A DNA stretch of 62,163 bases from an uncultured Candidatus Saccharibacteria bacterium (GTDB lineage: Bacteria > Patescibacteriota > Minisyncoccia > Phycocordibacterales > VMEP01): NCBI GenBank assembly GCA_964579635.1, contig CAZOFV010000005.1:1-62163 (forward strand). Direction: 5' to 3'. Below, piece after piece: positions 19,009 through 27,626 of this stretch. The notes under the pieces were generated by a model. The model saw only the letters and a list, made by a program, of their open reading frames with translations, searched no databases and had not been told where the DNA came from. Numbering within the stretch: position 1 is the first letter of the stretch; each line of letters begins with the position of its first letter. Position numbers and translations under genes: made by a program.

Positions 19009-20399
19009 GAATCTACAACACCTTAACGAGGGACAAAACATTTTTTGAACCAATCCATCAAGGGGCGGTTTCCATGTATCACTGTGGCCCAACAGTGTAC
19101 GACTATGCACACATAGGAAATATGCGAGCCTATGTTTTTGCTGATATTTTAAGAAGAACGTTTGAGCAAAATGGTTTTTTGGTAAAACAAATCATAAATA
19201 TTACCGATGTCGGACACCCATCTTCAGACGAAGATGATGGCGAAGACAAGATTGAAACTGCTTCAATTAGAGAACACAAAACTGCGGAGGAAATTGCTAA
19301 ATTTTATACAGATGTTTTTTTTAAAGATCTTGAAAAACTAAACATAAATACAAAAAATACAATCTTCCCAAGAGCATCAGAACACATTGCGGAGCAAATA
19401 GAATTAGTGCGTATTCTTGAAGAAAAAGGTTTTGCTTATAAAACGAGTAAGGGAATGTATTTTGACACTGCAAAATTTCCAAGCTACGGTAAACTCGCGC
19501 TTCTTGATATAAAAAACTTACGTGAGGGGGCAAGAGTTGAAATCAATCCAGAAAAAAGAAATCCTACTGATTTTTCTCTTTGGAAATTCTCCCCTACCCC
19601 TGGTGTTCGCCAGCAAGAATGGGAATCACCTTGGGGTATTGGTTTTCCTGGTTGGCATATTGAATGTTCTGCTATGTCTATGAAATATCTCGGAAACCAT
19701 TTTGATATACACACAGGCGGAGTTGATCATATTTCAGTGCACCACACAAACGAAATCGCTCAATCTGAAGCAGCCACTGGTGAACCACTTGCAAACTACT
19801 GGATTCATTCAGCATTCTTAACTGTCGACGGGCAAAAGATGGCAAAATCTTTGGGCAACTTTACAACCATCAGTGATATCGAAAATAGTGAAATCTCCCC
19901 TCTCGCTTTTCGTTATTTTTTATTGGGAGCAAGCTATCGCATGCCACTCAACTTCACATGGTCGGCACTTTCTGGGGCAGAAAAAACACTACAAGGAATA
20001 TATCGTGAGGCATCATTACTAAAAGAAGGTGGTGTGTTAGACGAAGAATATCTTGGAACGTTTAAGGATGTTTTAAACAATGATTTCAATACCCCCCAAG
20101 CTTTGGCACTTATATTCGATCTTTTCCGCTCGCCACTTTCTTCTGAAACAAAGCTCGCAACATTACTCGAGTTTGATAAAGTGCTTGGTCTTAATATCGA
20201 AAAAGGGCGAAATGCTTTTATGACAAAAGATGTAAAAGAAGAGGATGTTCCAATCCCTGTTAAAAATTTAGTAGATGAACGTGAGATAGCAAGAGGAAAA
20301 CAAGACTTCGAAAGGGCTGATTTAATACGCGCAGAAATCGCTAAAATGGGTTATTTGGTTGATGATCTACCGGAAGGGCCAAAGGTTACAAAACGCTAA
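18999..20399 (+). CDS. cysS: Cysteine--tRNA ligase
   Basis: CGPTVY, HIGN, GWHIECSAM, KMAKS. Confidence 0.97.
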   Translation: MAIRIYNTLTRDKTFFEPIHQGAVSMYHCGPTVYDYAHIGNMRAYVFADILRRTFEQNGFLVKQIINITDVGHPSSDEDDGEDKIETASIREHKTAEEIAKFYTDVFFKDLEKLNINTKNTIFPRASEHIAEQIELVRILEEKGFAYKTSKGMYFDTAKFPSYGKLALLDIKNLREGARVEINPEKRNPTDFSLWKFSPTPGVRQQEWESPWGIGFPGWHIECSAMSMKYLGNHFDIHTGGVDHISVHHTNEIAQSEAATGEPLANYWIHSAFLTVDGQKMAKSLGNFTTISDIENSEISPLAFRYFLLGASYRMPLNFTWSALSGAEKTLQGIYREASLLKEGGVLDEEYLGTFKDVLNNDFNTPQALALIFDLFRSPLSSETKLATLLEFDKVLGLNIEKGRNAFMTKDVKEEDVPIPVKNLVDEREIARGKQDFERADLIRAEIAKMGYLVDDLPEGPKVTKR

Positions 20400-20454
20400 T
20401 TTTCCCCAAATTTAAGGGCTTTTCTTGTCCCATCTTACACACAGGTTAACCACA
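20400..20454 (+). promoter_or_regulatory. Three one-mismatch DnaA-box-like motifs upstream of dnaB
   Basis: TTTTCCCCA (20400), TTACACACA (20435), TTAACCACA (20446) versus TTWTNCACA. Confidence 0.4.
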
Positions 20455-20502
20455 AACCCAGTTTTCGGGCAGATTGCGACATTGTGTTAAGATAAGACAA
20501 CT

Positions 20503-21873
20503 ATGGCACAACCAAAAGGAAGTTCAGTCCGCGTTCCACCACAAAATATCGATTCTGAAAAAGCCCTTCTTGGGGCAATTATGGTGCGCTCTGATGCGAT
20601 AAATGAAATCGTTGACTCAATTGAACCAGATTCTTTTTATGCCGAAAAGCATCGCATAATCTACAACGCAATTCGTGAACTCTTTGCAAAGAATGAACCG
20701 ATAGACGTTATTACCGTTTCCTCCCGCCTAAGTGATAAAAATGATCTTGAGCGTATCGGAGGTCGTGCATATCTTATAGAACTTATAAACACCGTCCCCT
20801 CAACATCAAACATACTTCATTATGCAAACCTTGTAGACAAAACGAGCATCTTGCGAAGGCTCATTGACGCCGCTGATCATATCTCCGATTTGGGTTTTAC
20901 TGAATCAAAAGAATTAGATCAGGTTTTAGATGAAGCCGAGAAAAAAATATTCGGTATTACAAATTCTCCAAAAGTTCATAAGTTCGTAAATCTAAAAGAT
21001 ACCTTAACCGAAGCTTGGGAAAGGCTCGATCATCTGCATAAATCAGGCGATGAAATTCGCGGTGTTCCAACCGGATTTCCTGATCTTGATTTAAAGACCG
21101 CTGGTTTTCAAAAATCAGATTTAATTATTCTTGCCGCTCGCCCATCAATGGGTAAAACCGCTCTTGCTCTTGATATTGCGCGTATGGCCGCCACCAAACA
21201 TAACGTTCCAATTGGAATCTTTTCTCTTGAAATGAGTGCTCATCAATTAACCGATCGTATGCTTGCCGCAGAGTCACGTGTTGATTCTTGGAAACTACGT
21301 ACTGGTAAAATTACCGCTGATGAAGATTTTTCAAAACTACGCGACGCAATGAGTGTTCTTTCTAAGGCCCCAATTTATATTGATGACCAAGCCGGTAATT
21401 CAATTCTTAAAATGCGTTCTGTCGCGCGAAGACTAAAAAGTGAACACGGTCTCGGTATGATTATTGTTGATTACCTCCAGCTTATGACCACGTCGAAAAA
21501 CTACGACTCTATGGTGAACCAAGTGACGGAAATATCCCGTTCCCTAAAGAGCCTTGCTCGCGAGCTTGATATCCCGGTTTTGGCCCTCTCACAGCTATCT
21601 CGTGCCGTAGAATCACGCGGTGGACGCCCTCGCCTATCCGACCTCCGTGATTCAGGTTCTATTGAACAGGATGCGGATTTGGTTATGTTTATTCACCGTG
21701 AAGATAAGTACAAAGATGATTCTGAGCGACCAAACATCGCCGAAATTCTTATTGAAAAGCACAGAAACGGACCAACAGGTAAAATCGAATTATATTTCGA
21801 CGACAAGAAAACAACCTTCCTTCCAGTTGATAAAGGAGACTACGCAACACTTGATAAAGATAATGATTTTTAA
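20503..21873 (+). CDS. dnaB: Replicative DNA helicase
   Basis: PPQNIDSE, AARPSMGKT, IIVDYLQL, LSDLRDSGSIEQDAD, KHRNGP. Confidence 0.97.
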   Translation: MAQPKGSSVRVPPQNIDSEKALLGAIMVRSDAINEIVDSIEPDSFYAEKHRIIYNAIRELFAKNEPIDVITVSSRLSDKNDLERIGGRAYLIELINTVPSTSNILHYANLVDKTSILRRLIDAADHISDLGFTESKELDQVLDEAEKKIFGITNSPKVHKFVNLKDTLTEAWERLDHLHKSGDEIRGVPTGFPDLDLKTAGFQKSDLIILAARPSMGKTALALDIARMAATKHNVPIGIFSLEMSAHQLTDRMLAAESRVDSWKLRTGKITADEDFSKLRDAMSVLSKAPIYIDDQAGNSILKMRSVARRLKSEHGLGMIIVDYLQLMTTSKNYDSMVNQVTEISRSLKSLARELDIPVLALSQLSRAVESRGGRPRLSDLRDSGSIEQDADLVMFIHREDKYKDDSERPNIAEILIEKHRNGPTGKIELYFDDKKTTFLPVDKGDYATLDKDNDF

Positions 21874-21879
21874 CTACCT

Positions 21880-22494
21880 ATGGATTCACGAGATAAATTA
21901 GAACGCCTTTTCGCGATGTTTCCAGGAATCGGACCACGCCAAGCTAAACGGTTTGTTTATTTTTTATTAACCAGAAATTCAAGTTTTACTTCTGAGCTTG
22001 CCATCGCCCTCGGAGATCTTAAAAAAAATATTTCTCAATGTAATTCTTGTTACAGATTTTTTCCAAACGATAATAATACAGCCTGCCAAGTTTGCCGAAG
22101 TGCAAACACCGACCAAAAAACAATTCTTATTGTTGAAAAAGATGTCGATTTTGAAAATGTTCACAAAAGTGGATTTTATAATGGTCGCTTTTTTGTTCTT
22201 GGTGGATTATTGCCAATACTTGAAGAAGAGCCGGCAAAAAAAATACGCGCTCGTGAATTAGTCGCTGAAGTTCTTCGCCAAGCAGAAACTGGAAACCTAA
22301 AAGAAATAATTATTGCGCTTTCTTTAAACGGAGAAGGTGAAAATACTTACCAATATGTTAAAGGGATTCTCCAGCCAATAACTCAAAAATACTCTATTGG
22401 GTTAAGCACCCTCGGTCGCGGACTCTCCACTGGTTCCGAAATTGAATACTCCGACGGCGAAACCTTGAAGTACGCAATTGAAAATAGGAAATAA
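21880..22494 (+). CDS. recR: Recombination mediator RecR
   Basis: PGIGPRQA HhH motif, C4 zinc finger, Toprim IVEK. Confidence 0.93.
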   Translation: MDSRDKLERLFAMFPGIGPRQAKRFVYFLLTRNSSFTSELAIALGDLKKNISQCNSCYRFFPNDNNTACQVCRSANTDQKTILIVEKDVDFENVHKSGFYNGRFFVLGGLLPILEEEPAKKIRARELVAEVLRQAETGNLKEIIIALSLNGEGENTYQYVKGILQPITQKYSIGLSTLGRGLSTGSEIEYSDGETLKYAIENRK

Positions 22495-22520
22495 AAAATC
22501 ACCCGTTTGGGTGATTTTTT
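22493..22520. terminator. Bidirectional terminator recR/rplU
   Basis: AAAAAATCACC-CGTTTG-GGTGATTTTTT. Confidence 0.8.
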
Positions 22521-22884
22521 ATTTTATCTTCTCAATAGTGACCTTAAAGAAAGGTTGTCTGTGTCCTCTAATCTTTAAATATCGGCTCTTTGCCTTGTAC
22601 TTCATTACCTCAACCTTCTTTGCTTTTCCAATCTTGGTCAAAGCTCCTGTAACCTTTGCTCCATCGATATAAGGAGTTCCGATAGTGGTATTCTTTCCAT
22701 CATCAACCAATAAAACCTTGTCGAAAACGACAGCGTCGCCTTCCTTGTGATCCCCAAGAATCTTTTCGACAGTAACAACATCACCAACCGCAACACGATA
22801 TTGCTTTCCACCGGTCTTTATAACGGCAAATTCTGTTGATTCTGCCTTCTTTGCTGGGGTTTTCTTACTGACTACCATAGACAC
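22519..22884 (-). CDS. rplU: 50S ribosomal protein L21
   Basis: FAVIKTGGKQYRV, GHRQPF. Confidence 0.96.
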   Translation of the reverse strand: MSMVVSKKTPAKKAESTEFAVIKTGGKQYRVAVGDVVTVEKILGDHKEGDAVVFDKVLLVDDGKNTTIGTPYIDGAKVTGALTKIGKAKKVEVMKYKAKSRYLKIRGHRQPFFKVTIEKIK

Positions 22885-22942
22885 ACTATTTTACATAAAG
22901 GACGCCGAAACGCAAGCTGGTAGCACTTAGAGTGCTTAATTT

Positions 22943-22971
22943 TTGACAAATTTATCTTTGCGTGCTATTTT
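22943..22971 (+). promoter_or_regulatory. Sigma70-type promoter
   Basis: TTGACA, 17-nt spacer, extended TGcTATTTT. Confidence 0.65.
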
Positions 22972-22977
22972 TGGTTG

Positions 22978-23077
22978 GTATCAGCTCCTTCGGAAGCAGA
23001 GAACCGAAGGCCTTCACCTCCCAACGCTGGTACACTTTGCCCCCGCCCTCCTCCCCTTTGGGCGCGGGGCTTTTTTT
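22978..23077 (+). ncRNA. Putative ~100-nt small RNA
   Basis: Bounded by promoter and GC stem + T7 terminator; no start codon; GTATCAGC/GCTGGTAC and CCTTCGG/CCGAAGG stems. Confidence 0.6.
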
Positions 23078-23224
23078 ATTATTTTGTCTAATGTAATCAG
23101 TAGGAACAAGATAATAATCCCGTACCAAAAACCCTCTATTTTGAAGGAAAAGTTAAGATAACCACTTAATTAAAAGTTTTGTTTTTTGGTATCGGGATCA
23201 GGATATTATTCTCTTTTATTTTGT

Positions 23225-24283
23225 CTACTCGTCGTCTTTTTCTGGACCTTCAAGCAAAGAAACTTCGAACCCTGGGCTTGTGCCGGCAATTCTTAAAACA
23301 TCCTTATCAACCTTCTTCAATTCTTTACTTGAAGTGTTGTAGTGATTAACCGCGGTCTGAAGCGTATTACCTAAGCTTCCGTGAGACTTTTCATATGCTT
23401 TTAAGTGTTTGCCTAACTCCTCAACTCTTTTAACAATATCTTTTGCTGTTTCTTCAATCTGCATAGCTTTAAGTCCCTGAAGAACTGTTTGTAGGTATGC
23501 GAGGAATGATGTCGGCGAAACAATAATGACGCGATACTTCCCTGCCGCGCGTTGTATTAAATTCTCTTCATTTTCCTTAACTGCGCCGACTTTGTTCACA
23601 AGCAAATCATAATAAATCGCTTCGTGTGGAATAAACATAAAAGCAAAATCCATCGTGCCTTCGTTTGGGCGAATATATTTTGCTGTTTCTGTAATACGTA
23701 GTTTTAAATCATTTTCAAAAACCTTCGCGAGCCGTTCGCGTTCCGCCGGATTTCTTTCCTCAACAATACGATTATAGTTCTCAAGTGAAAACTTAGAATC
23801 AACAGGGATTATTTTATCTTTCACAAAAACCGCAGCATCAACAATCTCTCCGTCAGAAAAAGCATACTGCATTTGATAGCTCCCTGGTGGCATGACGTTC
23901 TTAAGCAGTGTTTCAAGATAATATTCACCCAAAATTCCACGTTGTTTTGGGTTCTTTAAAATATCCTGTAAAGATTGAAGTTGATCGGTAACAGAAATAA
24001 CCTGCTTGTTTGTCTCATCAAGGCGGGTTAATTTCTCTGTTATATCGCGAATTAAGCTCTGTGATTCGCCAAACTGATGCCGAACGGCAGCCTGCATTTC
24101 TTTATTCGACTCCCCCAGCTTGTCGTCCATTGTTCTTGCAAGGGTCGCAAGTTGATTCTGAATTAAAAGAAGACTGTCTGTTTCAACGGATGGTTTTTGA
24201 GATTGCCCGCGCAAAATAATCCAAACAATAAAAGCTCCGATAACAACCCCAATTACTAAAAATAAAATAGTACCTGACTCCAT
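23225..24283 (-). CDS. rmuC: DNA recombination protein RmuC
   Basis: N-terminal TM, coiled coil, KQRGILGE, PVDSKF, DFAFMFIP, IVSPT. Confidence 0.92.
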   Translation of the reverse strand: MESGTILFLVIGVVIGAFIVWIILRGQSQKPSVETDSLLLIQNQLATLARTMDDKLGESNKEMQAAVRHQFGESQSLIRDITEKLTRLDETNKQVISVTDQLQSLQDILKNPKQRGILGEYYLETLLKNVMPPGSYQMQYAFSDGEIVDAAVFVKDKIIPVDSKFSLENYNRIVEERNPAERERLAKVFENDLKLRITETAKYIRPNEGTMDFAFMFIPHEAIYYDLLVNKVGAVKENEENLIQRAAGKYRVIIVSPTSFLAYLQTVLQGLKAMQIEETAKDIVKRVEELGKHLKAYEKSHGSLGNTLQTAVNHYNTSSKELKKVDKDVLRIAGTSPGFEVSLLEGPEKDDE

Positions 24284-24293
24284 AAAAGATATT

Positions 24294-25079
24294 TTACCAC
24301 AACGACGCTGTCCCCACGCTCTTTTTCTTTGGCATCACTTCTGTCACAGCTTCACGATATAAGCAGTAGTCACAGCCCTCACTTTCCTTTGGTGGCTCAT
24401 CCAGTAGTAAGCATTTTTTAGCGCCAATAAGCGCTTCTTCTATCCAATCATCTGAACCTTTATATGGAATAACCTTCACGTCAAATTCAAGCTTGGCGTC
24501 AAAAGCTTCTTTGTCTGAAATACCGTTGCAATAAACGAAATATCCAGTGTTTGAGACGATATGGTCGTTCTGACGAAGAAGCCATTGATACACCTCCATT
24601 TGGCGCTTATATCCATCTTGCCACTCCGCATCTAAAGACACTTCCCCTTCTTTACTTGTCGCCTTGTAATCAACAACCATAATTTCACCAGATGGCGCTT
24701 CCCAGATATCGTCCACCGCGCCAGTCACAATAAAGTTTGTTTTCTTATGTAAAAAACGCACACCGACAAAGTTGTTTCGCCAATCTTCAAGATTGTCGTG
24801 CTTAAACGGCACAGCGTCAATTTTATACTTCGCCATCAAAGGATGGGCCGAGGCTTTCGCGCGATAAATATCAAATTCTTTTTTAAGAAGTTTGTCGACA
24901 GCTGAGTTTAGAGAAAAAGGAAACCCCGGTGGCCTGCCTACACCTAGCCTTCGGTCCAAATAAAAACATCTTGGGCATTCCAAGAATAAATCTATCTTTG
25001 AACGGGAAAGTGCAAACGGTTCTGTGCTCTCTGGGCTAAATTTATTTTTTGTTCGGCGGGGATTGTAATACTGTGACAT
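24294..25079 (-). CDS. PD-(D/E)XK nuclease, Cas4-like standalone
   Basis: LSRSK...CPRC, GAVDD, VVDYKAT, QMEVY, CDYC. Confidence 0.85.
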   Translation of the reverse strand: MSQYYNPRRTKNKFSPESTEPFALSRSKIDLFLECPRCFYLDRRLGVGRPPGFPFSLNSAVDKLLKKEFDIYRAKASAHPLMAKYKIDAVPFKHDNLEDWRNNFVGVRFLHKKTNFIVTGAVDDIWEAPSGEIMVVDYKATSKEGEVSLDAEWQDGYKRQMEVYQWLLRQNDHIVSNTGYFVYCNGISDKEAFDAKLEFDVKVIPYKGSDDWIEEALIGAKKCLLLDEPPKESEGCDYCLYREAVTEVMPKKKSVGTASLW

Positions 25080-25132
25080 TTTTGTGGTTTTATAATTTCC
25101 ACTATTGTATACTTAATTTCACATATATAAAA

Positions 25133-25591
25133 ATGACACTTTACGAACAACTCAAAGAAGAACTAAAGACCGCCATGAAGGCTCACGACGAGACCGCCCT
25201 AAACACTGTTCGCGGAATACTTTCCGCCTGCACAAACGAGCTCGTCGCAACAAAGCGCTCACCTCAAGAAATCTTATGTGATGAAGATATTATTGCTGTT
25301 ATAAAACGCGCCGTTAAACAAAGAAAGGATTCAGTTGAACAATATATGAAAGGAAATCGTTCTGATCTTGCACAAGTTGAAATGGCAGAAATCTCCCTTC
25401 TTGAAAAATACCTCCCACCGACAATGGGACGTGATGACATAGCTCGTGTTGTTAAATCAAAAATTCAAGACCTCGGCGGAATTGTTGATAAATCTAAAAA
25501 AGGAATGCTTATGGGTATGGTTATGAATGAACTAAAAGGTGTAGCAGATGGCAATGATGTTAAAGATGTTATTGATGAACTTTTGGTTTAA
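25133..25591 (+). CDS. GatB/YqeY domain protein
   Basis: LKTAMKA, VKQRKDSVEQY, E..LLEKYLP, ADG..V; start moved to ATG 25133. Confidence 0.9.
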   Translation: MTLYEQLKEELKTAMKAHDETALNTVRGILSACTNELVATKRSPQEILCDEDIIAVIKRAVKQRKDSVEQYMKGNRSDLAQVEMAEISLLEKYLPPTMGRDDIARVVKSKIQDLGGIVDKSKKGMLMGMVMNELKGVADGNDVKDVIDELLV

Positions 25592-25716
25592 CTTTAGTTT
25601 TTTCAGCATTTTCCTTGGTACCCGTATATGTCCTTAAATACATACATTGCGCGATGCTGTGTTTTTCTTTCTTTAGACACCAAGTTTTTATCTTTAAAAA
25701 CAAAAAAAGAGAGACA

Positions 25717-25744
25717 TTGACAAATCCTTGTTTTCTGTTATGAT
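25717..25744 (+). promoter_or_regulatory. Sigma70-type promoter of ORFan 25774
   Basis: TTGACA, 16 nt, TGtTATGAT. Confidence 0.65.
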
Positions 25745-25773
25745 ATAAAAAGGTCCATTAAAGGAGATTTGTC

Positions 25774-26010
25774 ATGACGACAGATGCTTTTCATCGGAAA
25801 GTTTCAGGAGAGGTCTTCGAAAAAATGACGTCAGCGAGGCTGACTTCGTTTAACGAAAGTGATTTTTACAAAGCCCTCTACCCTATTCTGAAGAAGGAAA
25901 ATGCTTTCGACGGAAGAACGTATCACGGGCGGAAAATCAGACCGCTCGTCGAGAAGATGTTCGTCGAGTTTCAACAGGAACAAGAACCAAGTAATTTCGT
26001 TCTGACCTGA
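25774..26010 (+). CDS. 78-aa ORFan
   Basis: AAAGGAGA 6 nt before ATG; own promoter and terminator. Confidence 0.75.
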   Translation: MTTDAFHRKVSGEVFEKMTSARLTSFNESDFYKALYPILKKENAFDGRTYHGRKIRPLVEKMFVEFQQEQEPSNFVLT

Positions 26011-26029
26011 AGCACGTGAATCACCATCA

Positions 26030-26060
26030 GGGCGCCCCAGTACGGGGCGCTTATTTTTTT
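26030..26060 (+). terminator. Intrinsic terminator
   Basis: GGGCGCCCC-AGTAC-GGGGCGCTT, then T7. Confidence 0.8.
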
Positions 26061-26079
26061 GCCTAATTTTTATATACAC

Positions 26080-26107
26080 AAAAACAAGGCCACCCGATAA
26101 GGGTGGC
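26080..26107 (-). terminator. Intrinsic terminator
   Basis: GCCACCC-TTATC-GGGTGGC, then T-rich tract on (-). Confidence 0.75.
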
Positions 26108-26135
26108 GAATGGAACGGCGCTGTTCATGTAGGTT

Positions 26136-26288
26136 TTACCAACTCTCGAAGGAGTCGGTTTCAACCGCAGCGGATACTTGCTGCGAATCGAAATCAGATT
26201 GAGCCAGCGTATCTTCCCCGAGAAGGTCGGCGATAAATTCCTCGACTGACAGGGTAAAGCGGTTCCAGAGATTGCTCAAAAACTTCAT
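26136..26288 (-). CDS. 50-aa acidic ORFan absent from the ORF track (MKFLSNLWNRFTLSVEEFIADLLGEDTLAQSDFDSQQVSAAVETDSFESW)
   Basis: GGAGG before ATG, GC-rich codons, downstream terminator. Confidence 0.7.
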   Translation of the reverse strand: MKFLSNLWNRFTLSVEEFIADLLGEDTLAQSDFDSQQVSAAVETDSFESW

Positions 26289-26709
26289 GGCTATTTCCTC
26301 CGTTTTTGTTGTACAGGGTTGCTTTATTTACAGTACCACATGAATTGAGGAATGGGAAGGGGGAGAAATACAATTATAATTAAATCTAGGTTGTTTGACT
26401 TTTAAATAACTCCGACGGATAATATTATTTATCCCCGCTAATTGCGAGGTTTATAAAAATAAGTTGTAAGCAATTATGGCAAACTTTTTGTATTCCCCGT
26501 GTTCTTTGGAGGAGAAGTTGGTGTAATTAAGTACAAACGATTCTTGGTGTTTACCAATCATCTTTGAGCTGTGCTAACGGGGTGTAAATGCTTGGCTAGG
26601 GCTAAGTAGTTCAGAAGTTATAGAATGATGTTATCAGACATTTTTGCCTAACGAGTTTCTAGTTTGAGAAATTTAGAAGGCAATGCAACTTTCTAAAGTA
26701 AAGCTAGCT

Positions 26710-26749
26710 GAACGGGCGTGGGAAGGCTGATACCTAACTACGCCCGTTC
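26710..26749. other. GC hairpin with structured 20-nt loop
   Basis: GAACGGGCGT/ACGCCCGTTC, inner AGG-CTGATA-CCT. Confidence 0.6.
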
Positions 26750-26818
26750 CTAATTATTTTAATTCTATAAACAACTAAGCCAACGTCTTAGAAACTAGTG
26801 AAAACAAATGCCACTGCT

Positions 26819-27097
26819 TTAGATATTTTTCTTCATCCAATCGCCAACATTAGTGGGAATATTATATGTTGCCCAATTAGTGTTAGTCGTATCAAGGACA
26901 ACCAGTTTATCATTAGTATCAAGAAAAACTTTCATATCGGCTCTTACTTCACTAACTGATTTATCTGTTTTAATAAACCAAACTGATTTTAATGGTTTTG
27001 CCCAATATGTATAAGATTTTATATGTTCAATTAAACGAGTATAGTCCTCACGTGTTTCTGGCCCTAATAAATCGTAGGAAATTATATATGTTTTCAT
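26819..27097 (-). CDS. Cas2/VapD-like ferredoxin-fold small protein (SinR-family-like)
   Basis: YIISYDL N-terminal motif; WAKPLKSVW; LDTNDKLVV. Confidence 0.65.
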   Translation of the reverse strand: MKTYIISYDLLGPETREDYTRLIEHIKSYTYWAKPLKSVWFIKTDKSVSEVRADMKVFLDTNDKLVVLDTTNTNWATYNIPTNVGDWMKKNI

Positions 27098-27099
27098 AA

Positions 27100-27381
27100 C
27101 TAATCTTCTTTATTTGATGCTTTGAAATAATAACCAATTATGAAACCAAGTGGTCCAGACAAAATACCAGAAACAGCCAAAAGCATATCTTTATAATCAC
27201 TTATTACAAAATTTTTATAAGTAGCTATGCCGAGAACAAAAGCAATTATAGATAGATAACCTATAACGTAGAAGAGGGCTATGTAACTTCGAGTCCCTTC
27301 TCTTTTTTCAGCTCGCCTAATTCCAGAAAGCCCAACCTCGTCGGGAAAAGCATCGATTTGCTGCGTAAAATTTTTTTTCAT
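27100..27381 (-). CDS. Small two-TM membrane protein
   Basis: Two hydrophobic helices ending GFIIGYYF; 2-nt gaps to both neighbours. Confidence 0.7.
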   Translation of the reverse strand: MKKNFTQQIDAFPDEVGLSGIRRAEKREGTRSYIALFYVIGYLSIIAFVLGIATYKNFVISDYKDMLLAVSGILSGPLGFIIGYYFKASNKED

Positions 27382-27383
27382 AA

Positions 27384-27626
27384 TTAAAGTTCTTTAACAT
27401 CAATAAAGACCTTTTTACCTTCTTTGTCTTCAATACAAAGTTTTCCATCACCATAATCTCTTGCGACTTCTATAACTTTCATCCCCTTAATTAAAACTTC
27501 GCCAAGTTTATCTTCTGGTACAGACAAATACACACCTAATTCTCTTAGTTTTTTTAAAGCCCCATTGCCAAAACTAACATCGAATCTATCTGGCTGTAAA
27601 TTATTGTTTGTTAAAGATTCTTCCAT
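27384..27626 (-). CDS. Putative ribbon-helix-helix (CopG-like) DNA-binding protein
   Basis: Alternating beta strand RFDVSF, then two helices and a short beta tail. Confidence 0.5.
   Translation of the reverse strand: MEESLTNNNLQPDRFDVSFGNGALKKLRELGVYLSVPEDKLGEVLIKGMKVIEVARDYGDGKLCIEDKEGKKVFIDVKEL

Noticed and set aside
22978-23005. SRP RNA (TCAGCTCC-TTC-GGAAGCAG resembles helix 8)
   Set aside because: CAGG is CAGC, no GNRA loop, flanking helix does not pair, and the motif is at the 5' end; Rfam RF00169 scan would settle it
22973-23033. Pseudoknot or HDV-like ribozyme using GTTGG/CCAAC
   Set aside because: GTTGG probably lies upstream of the predicted TSS; no P4 or catalytic-C topology
22943-23161. 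72-aa ORF over the sRNA
   Set aside because: Starts at the TTG of the -35 box and reads through a terminator
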